The position numbers were made by a program, and so were the translations under genes. This document shows positions 36,311-45,002 of a stretch of 64,000 nt of DNA, piece by piece. The notes beneath the pieces are model-generated. The model had not been told where the DNA came from and made no database searches. It saw nothing but the letters and a program-made list of their open reading frames with translations. This stretch comes from an uncultured Gemmatimonadales bacterium (GTDB lineage Bacteria; Gemmatimonadota; Gemmatimonadetes; Gemmatimonadales; GWC2-71-9), in contig CAVZZO010000003.1 of the NCBI GenBank assembly GCA_963779755.1, forward strand, positions 1,632,001 through 1,696,000. The letters run 5' to 3'. Positions within the stretch are counted from its first letter, which is position 1, and every line of letters starts with the position of its first letter.

Positions 36311-36439
36311 GGACTGAGGACTGAACGGAAAGCTACCACCGGTGCGAGGGCCCGGGGTTGCCGGCAGGCACCACCGAACCGGGGAGTGGCGGGGTGGTAT
36401 CGGTGCTGCCGGAACCGGCACCCCGGACCGAGCACCGCG
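36288..36439 (+). repeat. GAGGACT array followed by a ~120-bp hairpin module that is repeated at 34865-34985
   Basis: GCGAGGGCC(C)GGGGTTGCCGG..GGCACCACCGAACCGGGGAGTGGCGGGGTGGTATCGGTGCTGCCGGA.CCGGCACCCCGGACCGAGCACCGCG is present at both sites. Confidence 0.88.
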
Positions 36440-36487
36440 CACGAGAGGCCCGAGGCTGAGGCCTGGGGCCTGAGGCCTCAGTCCTTT

Positions 36488-37147
36488 CTACTTCCGGTGC
36501 AGCTCCATCCCGAACCCAGCGTGAAGATGCAGTGCCAGGTTGGGGACGCTGGCGTGCCCGTCGGCGACCGGAATGCGGACGTAGGATGCCGATCCCCGCG
36601 CGTCCAGGCTGACGAAGACGATCTCAGGAACCAGATAGAAGCGGTGGCTCAGTGTGGCCATGGCCGTGGCCCCGGACAGGAAATAGCCGTCGAAAAGAAA
36701 GCCGCGATTGCGGTCGACTTTCTGATCGTGGATCCGGATCCGGGGATACGTAATCACCGGCCCGGCGCCCAGGCTGTACACCCAGTTCCCCCGCCGCCAG
36801 CCGCGGGAGAGGGTGATCATGTTGAACCCGTTGGTGATGCTGAACTCCTGCACCACGGCGGGACGCCGGGTGGCGTACACCTTGTGGTGGGTAAAATCCA
36901 CCAGCCACCCCTTGTTGTGCTTCCAGAATCCGATCCGCCCGGCGTAATACCAGGTGTCCTTGAAGGGATAATTGCGGAAATGCGGATTCCAGTGCAGGTC
37001 AGGATTGTGCTGCAGAGCCACACTGATCCGTATTGGCGCATCCAGCGAGGTCCCGCCGAACAACTCGAGCGTGACCTGCGCCCGGAGCGCTGAGGGGAAA
37101 ATCGCTGACAGAAACAGCACCAGCGCCGCTCGGCGCGAGTGGGACAT
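36488..37147 (-). CDS. Hypothetical exported protein, probable outer-membrane beta-barrel
   Basis: Signal peptide, alternating aromatic beta-strands and C-terminal LHLHAGFGMEL. Confidence 0.7.
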   Translation of the reverse strand: MSHSRRAALVLFLSAIFPSALRAQVTLELFGGTSLDAPIRISVALQHNPDLHWNPHFRNYPFKDTWYYAGRIGFWKHNKGWLVDFTHHKVYATRRPAVVQEFSITNGFNMITLSRGWRRGNWVYSLGAGPVITYPRIRIHDQKVDRNRGFLFDGYFLSGATAMATLSHRFYLVPEIVFVSLDARGSASYVRIPVADGHASVPNLALHLHAGFGMELHRK

Positions 37148-37324
37148 TGAAATTCCCTGGCCGGTGGAATCCGCGAATAATCTAGGCCTGGTCGCTTCGA
37201 TCGTGAACCCGCCTTTCCAATTCTCATCCTCCGGTTCCCGTCCGGGCGCTTTCCGTCTCCCTGCCTCCGTCCCTGCAACCTTTCCTCCCGGCGTTGCGTC
37301 TAATGCCCCATACCTTCAGCAGAG

Positions 37325-40012
37325 GTGGATGTGGCTTGTACGCGTGCGGGAGTGCTGCTCCTTCTGGTTTCCTTACCGGCTGCCGCGGCGGCGCAAACCG
37401 AGGCCGCGCGCCCCGTCCGGCGCCTGAACGATCATGCCGCGGCGCCGCAGGTCCACGCGGCGACCCTGCGGCAGGACCTGCACATGGATGGAAAGCTGGA
37501 CGATGCTGCCTGGCTGGCCGCAGAACCGGCGGGGTTGGCGGCTCAGTTGGATCCCAACGAGGGCGAGCCTCCCAGCGAGCGCACCGAGATCCGCGTCCTG
37601 GTGGACCAGCACGCGCTCTACATCGGCGCGCGCCTGTATGACGACCATCCCGACCGCATCGTCAGCCGCCTGGGCCGTCGGGACGAGCGGCCCGCCAGTG
37701 ATCGCCTGACCATCAGAATCGACAGCCGGCACGACCACCTGACGGCCTTTCTCTTTGATGTCTTCCCTGCCGGCAACAAGGGCGACGCCAGCGTGGGCTC
37801 GGACGAGCACGAGGACTATTCCTGGGACCCGGTCTGGGAAGTCGCGACCACCATCGACTCTCTCGGCTGGACCGCCGAGATCCGCATCCCGCTCTCGCAG
37901 TTACGCTATAACCGGGACTCGCGGGTCTGGGGTATCCAGGTGATCCGCTTCATCCAGCGGCGGCAGGAGGAAGACGTCTTCAGCTATGTGCCCAAGACGG
38001 AAAACGCCGGCGTCAACCGCTACGGACACCTGACCGGCCTGCGCGGACTGCCGGCCACCCGGCGCGTCGAGGTGACCCCGTACGTGGCGGGACGGGCCGA
38101 GTATCAGCCCGCGCAGGCCGGCGACCCGTTTGCACGGGGACACGACTACACCGGCTCCGCCGGCGCCGATTTCAAGGTGGGGCTGGGCAGCAACCTGACG
38201 CTCGACGGCACGGTGAACCCCGACTTCGGCCAGGTCGAGGTCGATCCGGCGGTGGTGAACCTCACCGCCTTCGAGACGGTCTTCGACGAGAAGCGCCCCT
38301 TCTTCGTGGAAGGCGCCGACCTGTTCAGTTTTGGGAACCTGCGCACCTACAACGCTTTCACCTCGCCCATCACCTTCTTTTCCCGGAGGATCGGGCGGCC
38401 GCCGCAGGGGGCCATTACCGCCCCGGGGGCCGCCTTCGCCGATGTGCCCGGTCAGACCACCATCGCGGCGGCCGGCAAGCTCACCGGCAAGACCGAAAAC
38501 GGCTGGTCCATCGCCCTGCTGGATGCGGTCACACCGACGGAGAACGGGAACTATGTATTGCCCGGTTCACCCGTCATCCGGCACCAGGCGGTCGAGCCGT
38601 TCACCAACTATTTCGTGGGGCGGCTCCGTCGCGAGTTGCGCCAGGGCAATACCGCCGTGGGCATGCTGGTGACCGCGGTCAACCGCAGCCTGAGCGAGCC
38701 CGCGCTCGAAGCCGAGCTGCGCTCCCAGGCCTACGCGGGGGGCATCGATTTCAACCACGCCTGGGGCAACCGGAACTGGGCGCTCGACGCTTCACTGGCG
38801 GGCAGCCGGATTGCCGGCAGCCCGGCCGCGATTGCCCGGGCCCAGCGCGCCAGTGCGCGCTACTACCAGCGCCCCGATGCCCATAACCTCCACTTTGATT
38901 CCACCCGTACCGCGCTTTCCGGCTATACCGCGCAGCTGGCCGTGACCAAGATCGGCGGCGGCCATTGGGGCGGGAACCTGGCCTATCAGGAGAAGAGCCC
39001 CGGCTTCGAGAGCAACGACCTGGGCCTGACCCAGACCACCGGCCGCCGCGGGATTTCCACCGACCTGCATTACTACCAGCCCCGCCCGGGCCTCTTCCGC
39101 AACTGGACCGTCGGAGTGCTGAGCGGGAACGACTGGAACTACGACGGCAATCACACTACCAGCTACCTGGGCAATATTATCGAGCTGCGGCTGCGGAACT
39201 TCTGGTCCTACCACAGCCAGCTCTTCTATGACTTCAGCGCCTACGACGACCAGCTCACCCGGGGGGGCCCCCTTGCCCGGCTGCCCCAGCGGGGAAACTG
39301 GGACATGTTCCTTGAGTCCGACGATCGCGGGGTGCTGTCGCTGCAGCTGGAAGGGCACTTCAACTGGAACACCGCCGGCGGGTACGCCACCAGGTATGGT
39401 GCCGGGGTGGTCTTTCAGCCCGGCCCCAATCTCCAGGTGAGCCTGGAGCCCAGCTATTCGCGCTACCACAACCTGAGCCAGTATGTCACCACGGTGGACG
39501 ACCCCACCGCCACCGCGACCTTCGGCCGGCGCACCGTCTTCGCCACGGTGGAGCAGCGCGAGGTGGCGCTGACCACGCGACTCAACTGGACTTTCAGTCC
39601 CATGCTCAGCCTGCAGCTCTACCTCCAGCCCTTCGTTTCCACCGGCGCCTACCACGACTACAAGGAATTCCGCGCGCCCGGCACCTTCAATTTCGACAGC
39701 TACGGCCGCAACCGTGGGACCATCGCTCAGGACCCCGCCACCGGCGATTTCACCGTCGACCCCGACGGCGCCGGCCCGGCGCCGGCCTTCGGCTTCCCGG
39801 CGCAGGACTTCAACTTCCGTTCGCTGCGGGCCAATCTGGTCATGCGCTGGGAATACCGCCCGGGCTCGACCCTGTTCCTGGTCTGGCAGCACTCCCGTGC
39901 CGGGGCGGCCGGACGCGGCGACTTCTCCTTCAGACGCGACTTCAACGCGATCTTCGATTATCCGGGGACCAACGTCGTGGCGGTCAAGATGACGTGGTGG
40001 CTGGGGGTATGA
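37325..40012 (+). CDS. DUF5916 outer-membrane protein with an N-terminal CBM9-like domain
   Basis: MDGKLDDAAW, LYIG, GWTAEIRIP.SQLRY, TVNPDFGQVEVDP..NL..FE..F.EKRPFF.EG and RWEYRPGSTLFLVW motifs. Confidence 0.88.
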   Translation: MDVACTRAGVLLLLVSLPAAAAAQTEAARPVRRLNDHAAAPQVHAATLRQDLHMDGKLDDAAWLAAEPAGLAAQLDPNEGEPPSERTEIRVLVDQHALYIGARLYDDHPDRIVSRLGRRDERPASDRLTIRIDSRHDHLTAFLFDVFPAGNKGDASVGSDEHEDYSWDPVWEVATTIDSLGWTAEIRIPLSQLRYNRDSRVWGIQVIRFIQRRQEEDVFSYVPKTENAGVNRYGHLTGLRGLPATRRVEVTPYVAGRAEYQPAQAGDPFARGHDYTGSAGADFKVGLGSNLTLDGTVNPDFGQVEVDPAVVNLTAFETVFDEKRPFFVEGADLFSFGNLRTYNAFTSPITFFSRRIGRPPQGAITAPGAAFADVPGQTTIAAAGKLTGKTENGWSIALLDAVTPTENGNYVLPGSPVIRHQAVEPFTNYFVGRLRRELRQGNTAVGMLVTAVNRSLSEPALEAELRSQAYAGGIDFNHAWGNRNWALDASLAGSRIAGSPAAIARAQRASARYYQRPDAHNLHFDSTRTALSGYTAQLAVTKIGGGHWGGNLAYQEKSPGFESNDLGLTQTTGRRGISTDLHYYQPRPGLFRNWTVGVLSGNDWNYDGNHTTSYLGNIIELRLRNFWSYHSQLFYDFSAYDDQLTRGGPLARLPQRGNWDMFLESDDRGVLSLQLEGHFNWNTAGGYATRYGAGVVFQPGPNLQVSLEPSYSRYHNLSQYVTTVDDPTATATFGRRTVFATVEQREVALTTRLNWTFSPMLSLQLYLQPFVSTGAYHDYKEFRAPGTFNFDSYGRNRGTIAQDPATGDFTVDPDGAGPAPAFGFPAQDFNFRSLRANLVMRWEYRPGSTLFLVWQHSRAGAAGRGDFSFRRDFNAIFDYPGTNVVAVKMTWWLGV

Positions 40013-40017
40013 CAAAC

Positions 40018-40102
40018 CGTAAGGCGTAAGGAGTGAGAGTCAGTATCCCTCGCCCCTTACGCCTCACCCCTCACGCCTCACGCCTCACGCCTCACGCCTC
40101 AC
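40018..40102. repeat. Inverted pair of heptamer arrays (CGTAAGG)n / (CGCCTCA)n between convergent genes
   Basis: cgtaaggcgtaaggagtgagag...ccttacgcctcacccctcacgcctcacgcctcacgcctcacgcctcac; supplies the tnaA stop codon. Confidence 0.88.
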
Positions 40103-41454
40103 ACTTCAACAAACGTCGCCGAGAAGTGCCGCAGCGTCGGCGGGTTGTTGGTCATCCGCAGGCCACGCAGCGTTTCCCGGCACTGATACAACTCCCCCAT
40201 TGCCTCCACCACATAGTCAATGTGGCTCTGGGTGTAAACCCGCCGGGGGATGGCGAGCCGCACCAGTTCCAATGCCGGAGCCGTCTCGCCGCCACCGAAC
40301 ATGACGCTCCCGATCTCCACGGCGCGGATGCCGGCCTGCCGGTACAGCCCGCATACCAGCGCCTGGCCCGGGAACTCGGCCGGCGGGATCCGGGGACACA
40401 GCCCGCCCGCATCCACATAGACGGCATGGCCGCCCGGCGGCTCGATGATGGGATAGCCGATCTCCCGCAGGCGCTCGCCCAGGTATTCCACCGAGCGCAG
40501 GCGGTAGGCGAGATAATCCTCGTGGACCACTTCTTCGAAGCCCTGAGCCATGGCCTCCAGGTCGCGGCCCGCCAGCCCGCCGTAGGTAACGAATCCCTCG
40601 GTCAGGATCAGCAGCGAGCCGGCGCGCTGCGCCAGCTCCGGATCGCGCAGCAGCAGCACGCCGCCGATGTTCACCAGGCCGTCCTTCTTGGCGCTGATGG
40701 TGGCGCCGTCGGCCAGATCGAACATCTCGCGGACGATCGCCCGTACCGGGCGGTCCGACTGCCCCGGCTCGCGCAGCTTGATGAAATAGGCGTTCTCGGC
40801 GAACCGGCAGGCATCGAGAAAGAGCGGGATGCCGTACCGGTCGCACAGGGCCCGGACCGCCCGGAGATTCTCCAGGCTCACCGGCTGTCCCCCGCCCGAG
40901 TTGTTGGTCACCGTGACCATGCAGAGCGGAATCCGCTCCGCCCCCACCTCGTCGATCAGCGCCTGCAGCCGCGCCACATCCATGTTGCCCTTGAAGGGAT
41001 GGCGGCTGGAGGGCTGCCGGCCCTCGGCGATGACCAGATCCACCGCCCGCGCGCCGGAATGCTCCACGTTGGCGCGGGTGGTATCGAAGTGATTGTTGTT
41101 GGGCACGACCTTGCCCGGGCCGCCCATCAGCTCGAACAGAATCCGCTCGCTGGCGCGGCCCTGGTGCGTGGGAAGCGCGTGCGGAAATCCGGTCAGCTCC
41201 GCCAGCTTGGCCTCGAACCGGTAGAAGCTCTCGGCCCCGGCGTACGACTCGTCGCCCTGCATGATGCCGGCCCACTGGAGGCTGCTCATGGCCCCGGTAC
41301 CGCTGTCGGTGAGCAGGTCGATGAGCACGTCGCGCGCGCGGATGTTGAACACATTGAACCGGGCGCGCCGCAGGATCTCCTCCCGTTCCTCCCGGGTGGT
41401 GAGCCGCAGCGGCTCCACCACCTTGATGCGAAACGGCTCGATGATGGTCCGCAT
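40099..41454 (-). CDS. tnaA: Tryptophanase
   Basis: EPFRIKVVE, DLLTDSGT, GDESYAG, THQGR and SAKKD (PLP Lys) motifs. EIGS and LRHF match tryptophanase rather than tyrosine phenol-lyase (ERG, LRFF). Confidence 0.88.
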   Translation of the reverse strand: MRTIIEPFRIKVVEPLRLTTREEREEILRRARFNVFNIRARDVLIDLLTDSGTGAMSSLQWAGIMQGDESYAGAESFYRFEAKLAELTGFPHALPTHQGRASERILFELMGGPGKVVPNNNHFDTTRANVEHSGARAVDLVIAEGRQPSSRHPFKGNMDVARLQALIDEVGAERIPLCMVTVTNNSGGGQPVSLENLRAVRALCDRYGIPLFLDACRFAENAYFIKLREPGQSDRPVRAIVREMFDLADGATISAKKDGLVNIGGVLLLRDPELAQRAGSLLILTEGFVTYGGLAGRDLEAMAQGFEEVVHEDYLAYRLRSVEYLGERLREIGYPIIEPPGGHAVYVDAGGLCPRIPPAEFPGQALVCGLYRQAGIRAVEIGSVMFGGGETAPALELVRLAIPRRVYTQSHIDYVVEAMGELYQCRETLRGLRMTNNPPTLRHFSATFVEV

Positions 41455-41460
41455 GGAGGC

Positions 41461-41904
41461 TTAGCCCAGCAGGGCGCCGACCTGCCTCAGGCCGGTCTCG
41501 CCCAGGAGGGTACGCGCCAGGGGGAAGAGCACCTGATCTTCCCGCTCGATGTGGGCCCGGAGGAGACCGACCAGCGCATGGGCCGGCGGCCCCACCCCGG
41601 CCGCCGGCTCCGGGGACTCGAGCGCGTCCGCCAGCTGCTGCTCCAGCTCGCGCAGCTCGGCATGTTCCTCGACGAAGACGCCCGTGGGAGCCTCCTCGCC
41701 CAGCAGGCGGAAGAGCGCCCGCTCCTCGTTCTCGTTGTGCTGCCGGACGGCACTGGAGATGAACCGGTGCGCTTCGCGGATCCGGACCAGATTCAGGGTG
41801 AGGCTCTCGCCCCGCTCCACCTCCACGACGGCGGACTCCAGCTCGTCCAGCACGCGCAGCGCGTGCCGGTGCTCCTCTTCAAAACGGGTGATGGGATCGT
41901 CCAT
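41461..41904 (-). CDS. Hemerythrin/HHE cation-binding domain protein
   Basis: EEEH, HNENEE..LF, EEH and HIEREDQVLFP motifs; start ATG 41904. Confidence 0.88.
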   Translation of the reverse strand: MDDPITRFEEEHRHALRVLDELESAVVEVERGESLTLNLVRIREAHRFISSAVRQHNENEERALFRLLGEEAPTGVFVEEHAELRELEQQLADALESPEPAAGVGPPAHALVGLLRAHIEREDQVLFPLARTLLGETGLRQVGALLG

Positions 41905-41915
41905 GGTCCTGTCCT

Positions 41916-42935
41916 TCACGGCGTCGCGACCCAGCGGATTCCCTCGCCTCGCCGCAGGCGGTCGAATCCCTGGTTGATCTCCGCCAGCGGGACGGTCCCG
42001 CTGACGATGGGGCCGAGCCGCAGCCGGCCCGCTTCGACCAGCCCGAGAATCTCGGCATATTCCGACCCGCAGCAGCCCAGGCTGCCCACGATTTCCATTT
42101 CGTGGTACATCAGCTTGCCGGCGGCCAGCGCGGCGGGCTCGTGGGAGAATCCGATCACGCAGAGGCGGCCGCCCCGGCGCAGCAGGCTGAATGCCAGCTC
42201 GATCGTCGCCGGCCGGCCGATGGCCTCGAAGGCGATATCCACCCCCCCGTCGCTGAGCGCCCGGATTTCCTTGTCGGGGCGCGGCACCGAGCTGGGATTG
42301 AGCGTGGCCGTGGCGCCCAGACCCCGGGCCGCGGCCAGCCGCTCCTCGTTCACATCGAGCGCGATGACCCGGGCCCCCGCCACCACCGAACACTGCACCA
42401 CGTTGAGGCCCACCCCGCCGCAGCCCACCACCGCAACCACATCACCGGCCCGGACCCGGCCCCGGTATTTCACCGCATGGTAGGGGGTGCTGATAGCGTC
42501 GGCAATGATACACGCCTGCTCCAGCGGGAGGTCGGCGGGAACCGGGATCAGAATGTCCGCGGGCACGCGCACGTACTCCGCATAGGCGCCATCGATGTTG
42601 TTGCCCAGCATGATCAGCTGGTCGCAGAGATTGTCCCGCCCCTGGCGGCAATAGCGGCACCGGCCGCAGGCGTACACCGAGGGAATGAGCACCCGGTCGC
42701 CTTCGGCGCGGCCGCTCACCCCGGACCCCAGCGCGGCCACTGTCCCGGCAGCCTCGTGCCCCAGAATGAGCGGCGGCGGCTTGAAGGTCTTGACGCCGTG
42801 ATCGAGATAGTGCAGGTCCGTGTGACACAGCCCGCATCCCGCCACCTGTACCACGACCTCGCCCGGCCCGGCGACCGGATCGGGCACGGTGGTGACGTCG
42901 AGTCCGCCATTCCCACGATAGACCGCTGCTCGCAT
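41916..42935 (-). CDS. had: Zn-dependent dehydrogenase, probable 6-hydroxycyclohex-1-ene-1-carbonyl-CoA dehydrogenase
   Basis: CGLCHTD..Y.DHGV.T..PPLILGHE, CGRCRYC..C, ADAISTPY and GCGGVG motifs; operon context. Confidence 0.8.
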   Translation of the reverse strand: MRAAVYRGNGGLDVTTVPDPVAGPGEVVVQVAGCGLCHTDLHYLDHGVKTFKPPPLILGHEAAGTVAALGSGVSGRAEGDRVLIPSVYACGRCRYCRQGRDNLCDQLIMLGNNIDGAYAEYVRVPADILIPVPADLPLEQACIIADAISTPYHAVKYRGRVRAGDVVAVVGCGGVGLNVVQCSVVAGARVIALDVNEERLAAARGLGATATLNPSSVPRPDKEIRALSDGGVDIAFEAIGRPATIELAFSLLRRGGRLCVIGFSHEPAALAAGKLMYHEMEIVGSLGCCGSEYAEILGLVEAGRLRLGPIVSGTVPLAEINQGFDRLRRGEGIRWVATP

Positions 42936-42959
42936 TGCCTTTTCTCCCAGTCCTTTCTT

Positions 42960-43075
42960 TCTCCCGCCCGCCCTCGCCGAACCTCCCTCCGCACGCCGAC
43001 GGATCGCTTCGCGGCGATTCGATCCCCATCCACCGGTGGGCGCTCCTGACGCGCTGCGGGAGGCATCGGCTTCGG
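42960..43075. repeat. Inverted copy of the 34750-34855 repeat module, inside the bcr operon
   Basis: ccctcgccgaacctccctccgcacgccgacggatcgcttcgcggcgat..ccccatccaccggtgggcgctcctgacgcgctgcgggaggcatcggcttcg. Confidence 0.88.
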
Positions 43076-43107
43076 CCGGGGAGGGCCTTCCGGCGCAGTC
43101 CTATCTC

Positions 43108-43365
43108 TCAGTCCTTTTCTCTCGTCTCTTTTCTTGTATAGATCGTCGTGAACCTGAGCAGCGACACGATCCGGCAGTCGGTGCAATCCTCCGGCAGCTC
43201 GGCCGGCCGGACCGCCTGCTCCAGGACCTCGTACCCCAGCTGCCGGTACAGGCCCGCCGCTTCCGCGGCCCGGGGACCGGCGGCGGTGAAGCGGCGTTCC
43301 CAGCCTGCCGCCACCAGCTCGGGGTCGGGCGGCGGCTCCGGAAGGAACCTCTCTTCTTCCGGCAC
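43108..43365 (-). CDS. Small hypothetical protein with CxxC (85 aa)
   Basis: Abuts the bcrD stop codon. GWERRF..RAAEA..LY..LGYEV..CTDC..IYTR. Confidence 0.75.
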   Translation of the reverse strand: MPEEERFLPEPPPDPELVAAGWERRFTAAGPRAAEAAGLYRQLGYEVLEQAVRPAELPEDCTDCRIVSLLRFTTIYTRKETREKD

Positions 43366-44172
43366 TCAGGCCTCCGCCGCGGCCAGCCGGCTGGCGCGCT
43401 GCCGCGCCAGCAGCCCCGCCCCCAGAGCGGCGGTGAACTGCACCAGGTCGCCCGGGGGCACGTTGACCTCGGCGCCGAGCTGCTCCCGCACCACGTCGAC
43501 CATGCGGCTGAATCGCAGGATCCCGCCGATCAGCGTGAACTCCGGCTCCATGCGCACCCGCTTCATGAGCTGCACCGACCGGCCCACCAGCGACACGATG
43601 GCGCCGTGCATGATGTCGGCGGGCGCCACGCCTTCGGAGAGATGGTTGATGACCTCCGACTCGGCGAACACGGCGCACACCCCGGAGATCGGGATCGCGT
43701 TGCGGGAGGTGACTACCAGCGGGCCGATCTCTTCGGTGCCGTAGCCCATGTACCGCGCCGTCTTCTCCAGGAACGCACCGGTGCCCGCGGCGCATTTGTC
43801 GTTGAGCCGGAAGGAGGCGACCTTGCGGCGGTCGTCCAGCCGGCTGGCTTTCATGGTCTGGCCGCCCACATCCAGCACCGTGCGGGTAGCCGGAAAGAGG
43901 TGCGCCGCGCCGCGGGCGCCGGCGGTCAGATCGGTAACCTGGGCATCGGTCTGGCCCGCATGGTGGCGGCCGAACCCGGTGGCCACCACATAGGCCAGCT
44001 CCTCCCGGCTGGTCCCCGCCGCCGCCGCCGCTCGGCGCAGCGTCCGGTCGGCCACCTCCGGCAGCCGGAACCCGGTGGGCTCCATGGCACGCGCCAGCAT
44101 CTCGCCGCGCTCATCCAGAATCACGGCTTTGGTATAGGTGGAGCCGATATCGACCCCCGCGACGCGCATCAT
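43366..44172 (-). CDS. bcrD: Benzoyl-CoA reductase ATP-binding activase subunit (BcrD/BzdP-like)
   Basis: [30 protein letters not shown] and CAVFAESE motifs. Confidence 0.8.
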   Translation of the reverse strand: MMRVAGVDIGSTYTKAVILDERGEMLARAMEPTGFRLPEVADRTLRRAAAAAGTSREELAYVVATGFGRHHAGQTDAQVTDLTAGARGAAHLFPATRTVLDVGGQTMKASRLDDRRKVASFRLNDKCAAGTGAFLEKTARYMGYGTEEIGPLVVTSRNAIPISGVCAVFAESEVINHLSEGVAPADIMHGAIVSLVGRSVQLMKRVRMEPEFTLIGGILRFSRMVDVVREQLGAEVNVPPGDLVQFTAALGAGLLARQRASRLAAAEA

Positions 44173-44987
44173 GCGACCTCCCCGCCCGCGGGCACGGGCC
44201 GGCGACTGGCCAGGATGTGATCCAGCGCGAACAGCGCCGCGCCCAGCGCTCCCATGTAGTGCGACTCGGGGCTCACATTCACCGGCTGGCCCAGCCGCTC
44301 GGTCAGGGTGGCGATCATGGCCACGTTACGCGCCACGCCGCCGGTGAAGGTGACCTCGGACTCGACGCCCACCCGCCGGAGCAGCCCGGCCGACCGGCCG
44401 GCGATGGACTGGTGTACGCCGAGCAGGATATCCTCGATCTTCTTGCCGCGGCCCAGCCAGGAGAGGATCTCGGACTCGGCGAAGACGGTGCAGGTGGTGG
44501 TGATCTTCACCGGCCGCTCGCCCCGGAGCGCCGTGGGGCCTAGCTGGTCCAGCGGGATATCCAGCGCGCTGGAGGCGGCGCCCAGGAACCGGCCGGTGCC
44601 CGCGGCGCACTTGTCGTTCATGCAGAAGTCCACGATCTCGCCGTTGGGCGAGACCCGGATCGCCTTGGTATCCTGGCCCCCCATATCTACCACGGTGCGC
44701 GTGGCGGGGAACATCTGGACCGCCCCGCGGCCATGACAGCTGATCTCGGTCACCTGGGTATTCCCGAAAGTGACCTTGTAGCGGCCGTAGCCCGTCCCCA
44801 CCACGTACTCCACCTCTTCCTCCCGCAGGCCGCCATCGGCCAGCGCCATGGCGAAGGCCTGTGCCGCCGCCTGGATGACGTTGGCGCCGGTCTCCGTGAG
44901 CGCGCGGCCTACGATCCGGCGCTCCTCGTTAATCACCACCGCCTTGGTCTGGGTGGACCCGACGTCCACGCCCGCGGCCAGTGCCAT
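44169..44987 (-). CDS. bcrA: Benzoyl-CoA reductase ATP-binding activase subunit (short BcrA/BzdQ-like)
   Basis: [43 protein letters not shown] and CTVFAESE motifs. Confidence 0.82.
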   Translation of the reverse strand: MALAAGVDVGSTQTKAVVINEERRIVGRALTETGANVIQAAAQAFAMALADGGLREEEVEYVVGTGYGRYKVTFGNTQVTEISCHGRGAVQMFPATRTVVDMGGQDTKAIRVSPNGEIVDFCMNDKCAAGTGRFLGAASSALDIPLDQLGPTALRGERPVKITTTCTVFAESEILSWLGRGKKIEDILLGVHQSIAGRSAGLLRRVGVESEVTFTGGVARNVAMIATLTERLGQPVNVSPESHYMGALGAALFALDHILASRRPVPAGGEVA

Positions 44988-45002
44988 ATTTCCTCCCTCC
45001 GG

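Noticed and set aside
40099..41454. Tyrosine phenol-lyase assignment
   Set aside because: The diagnostic positions read EIGS and LRHF (tryptophanase-like), not ERG and LRFF.
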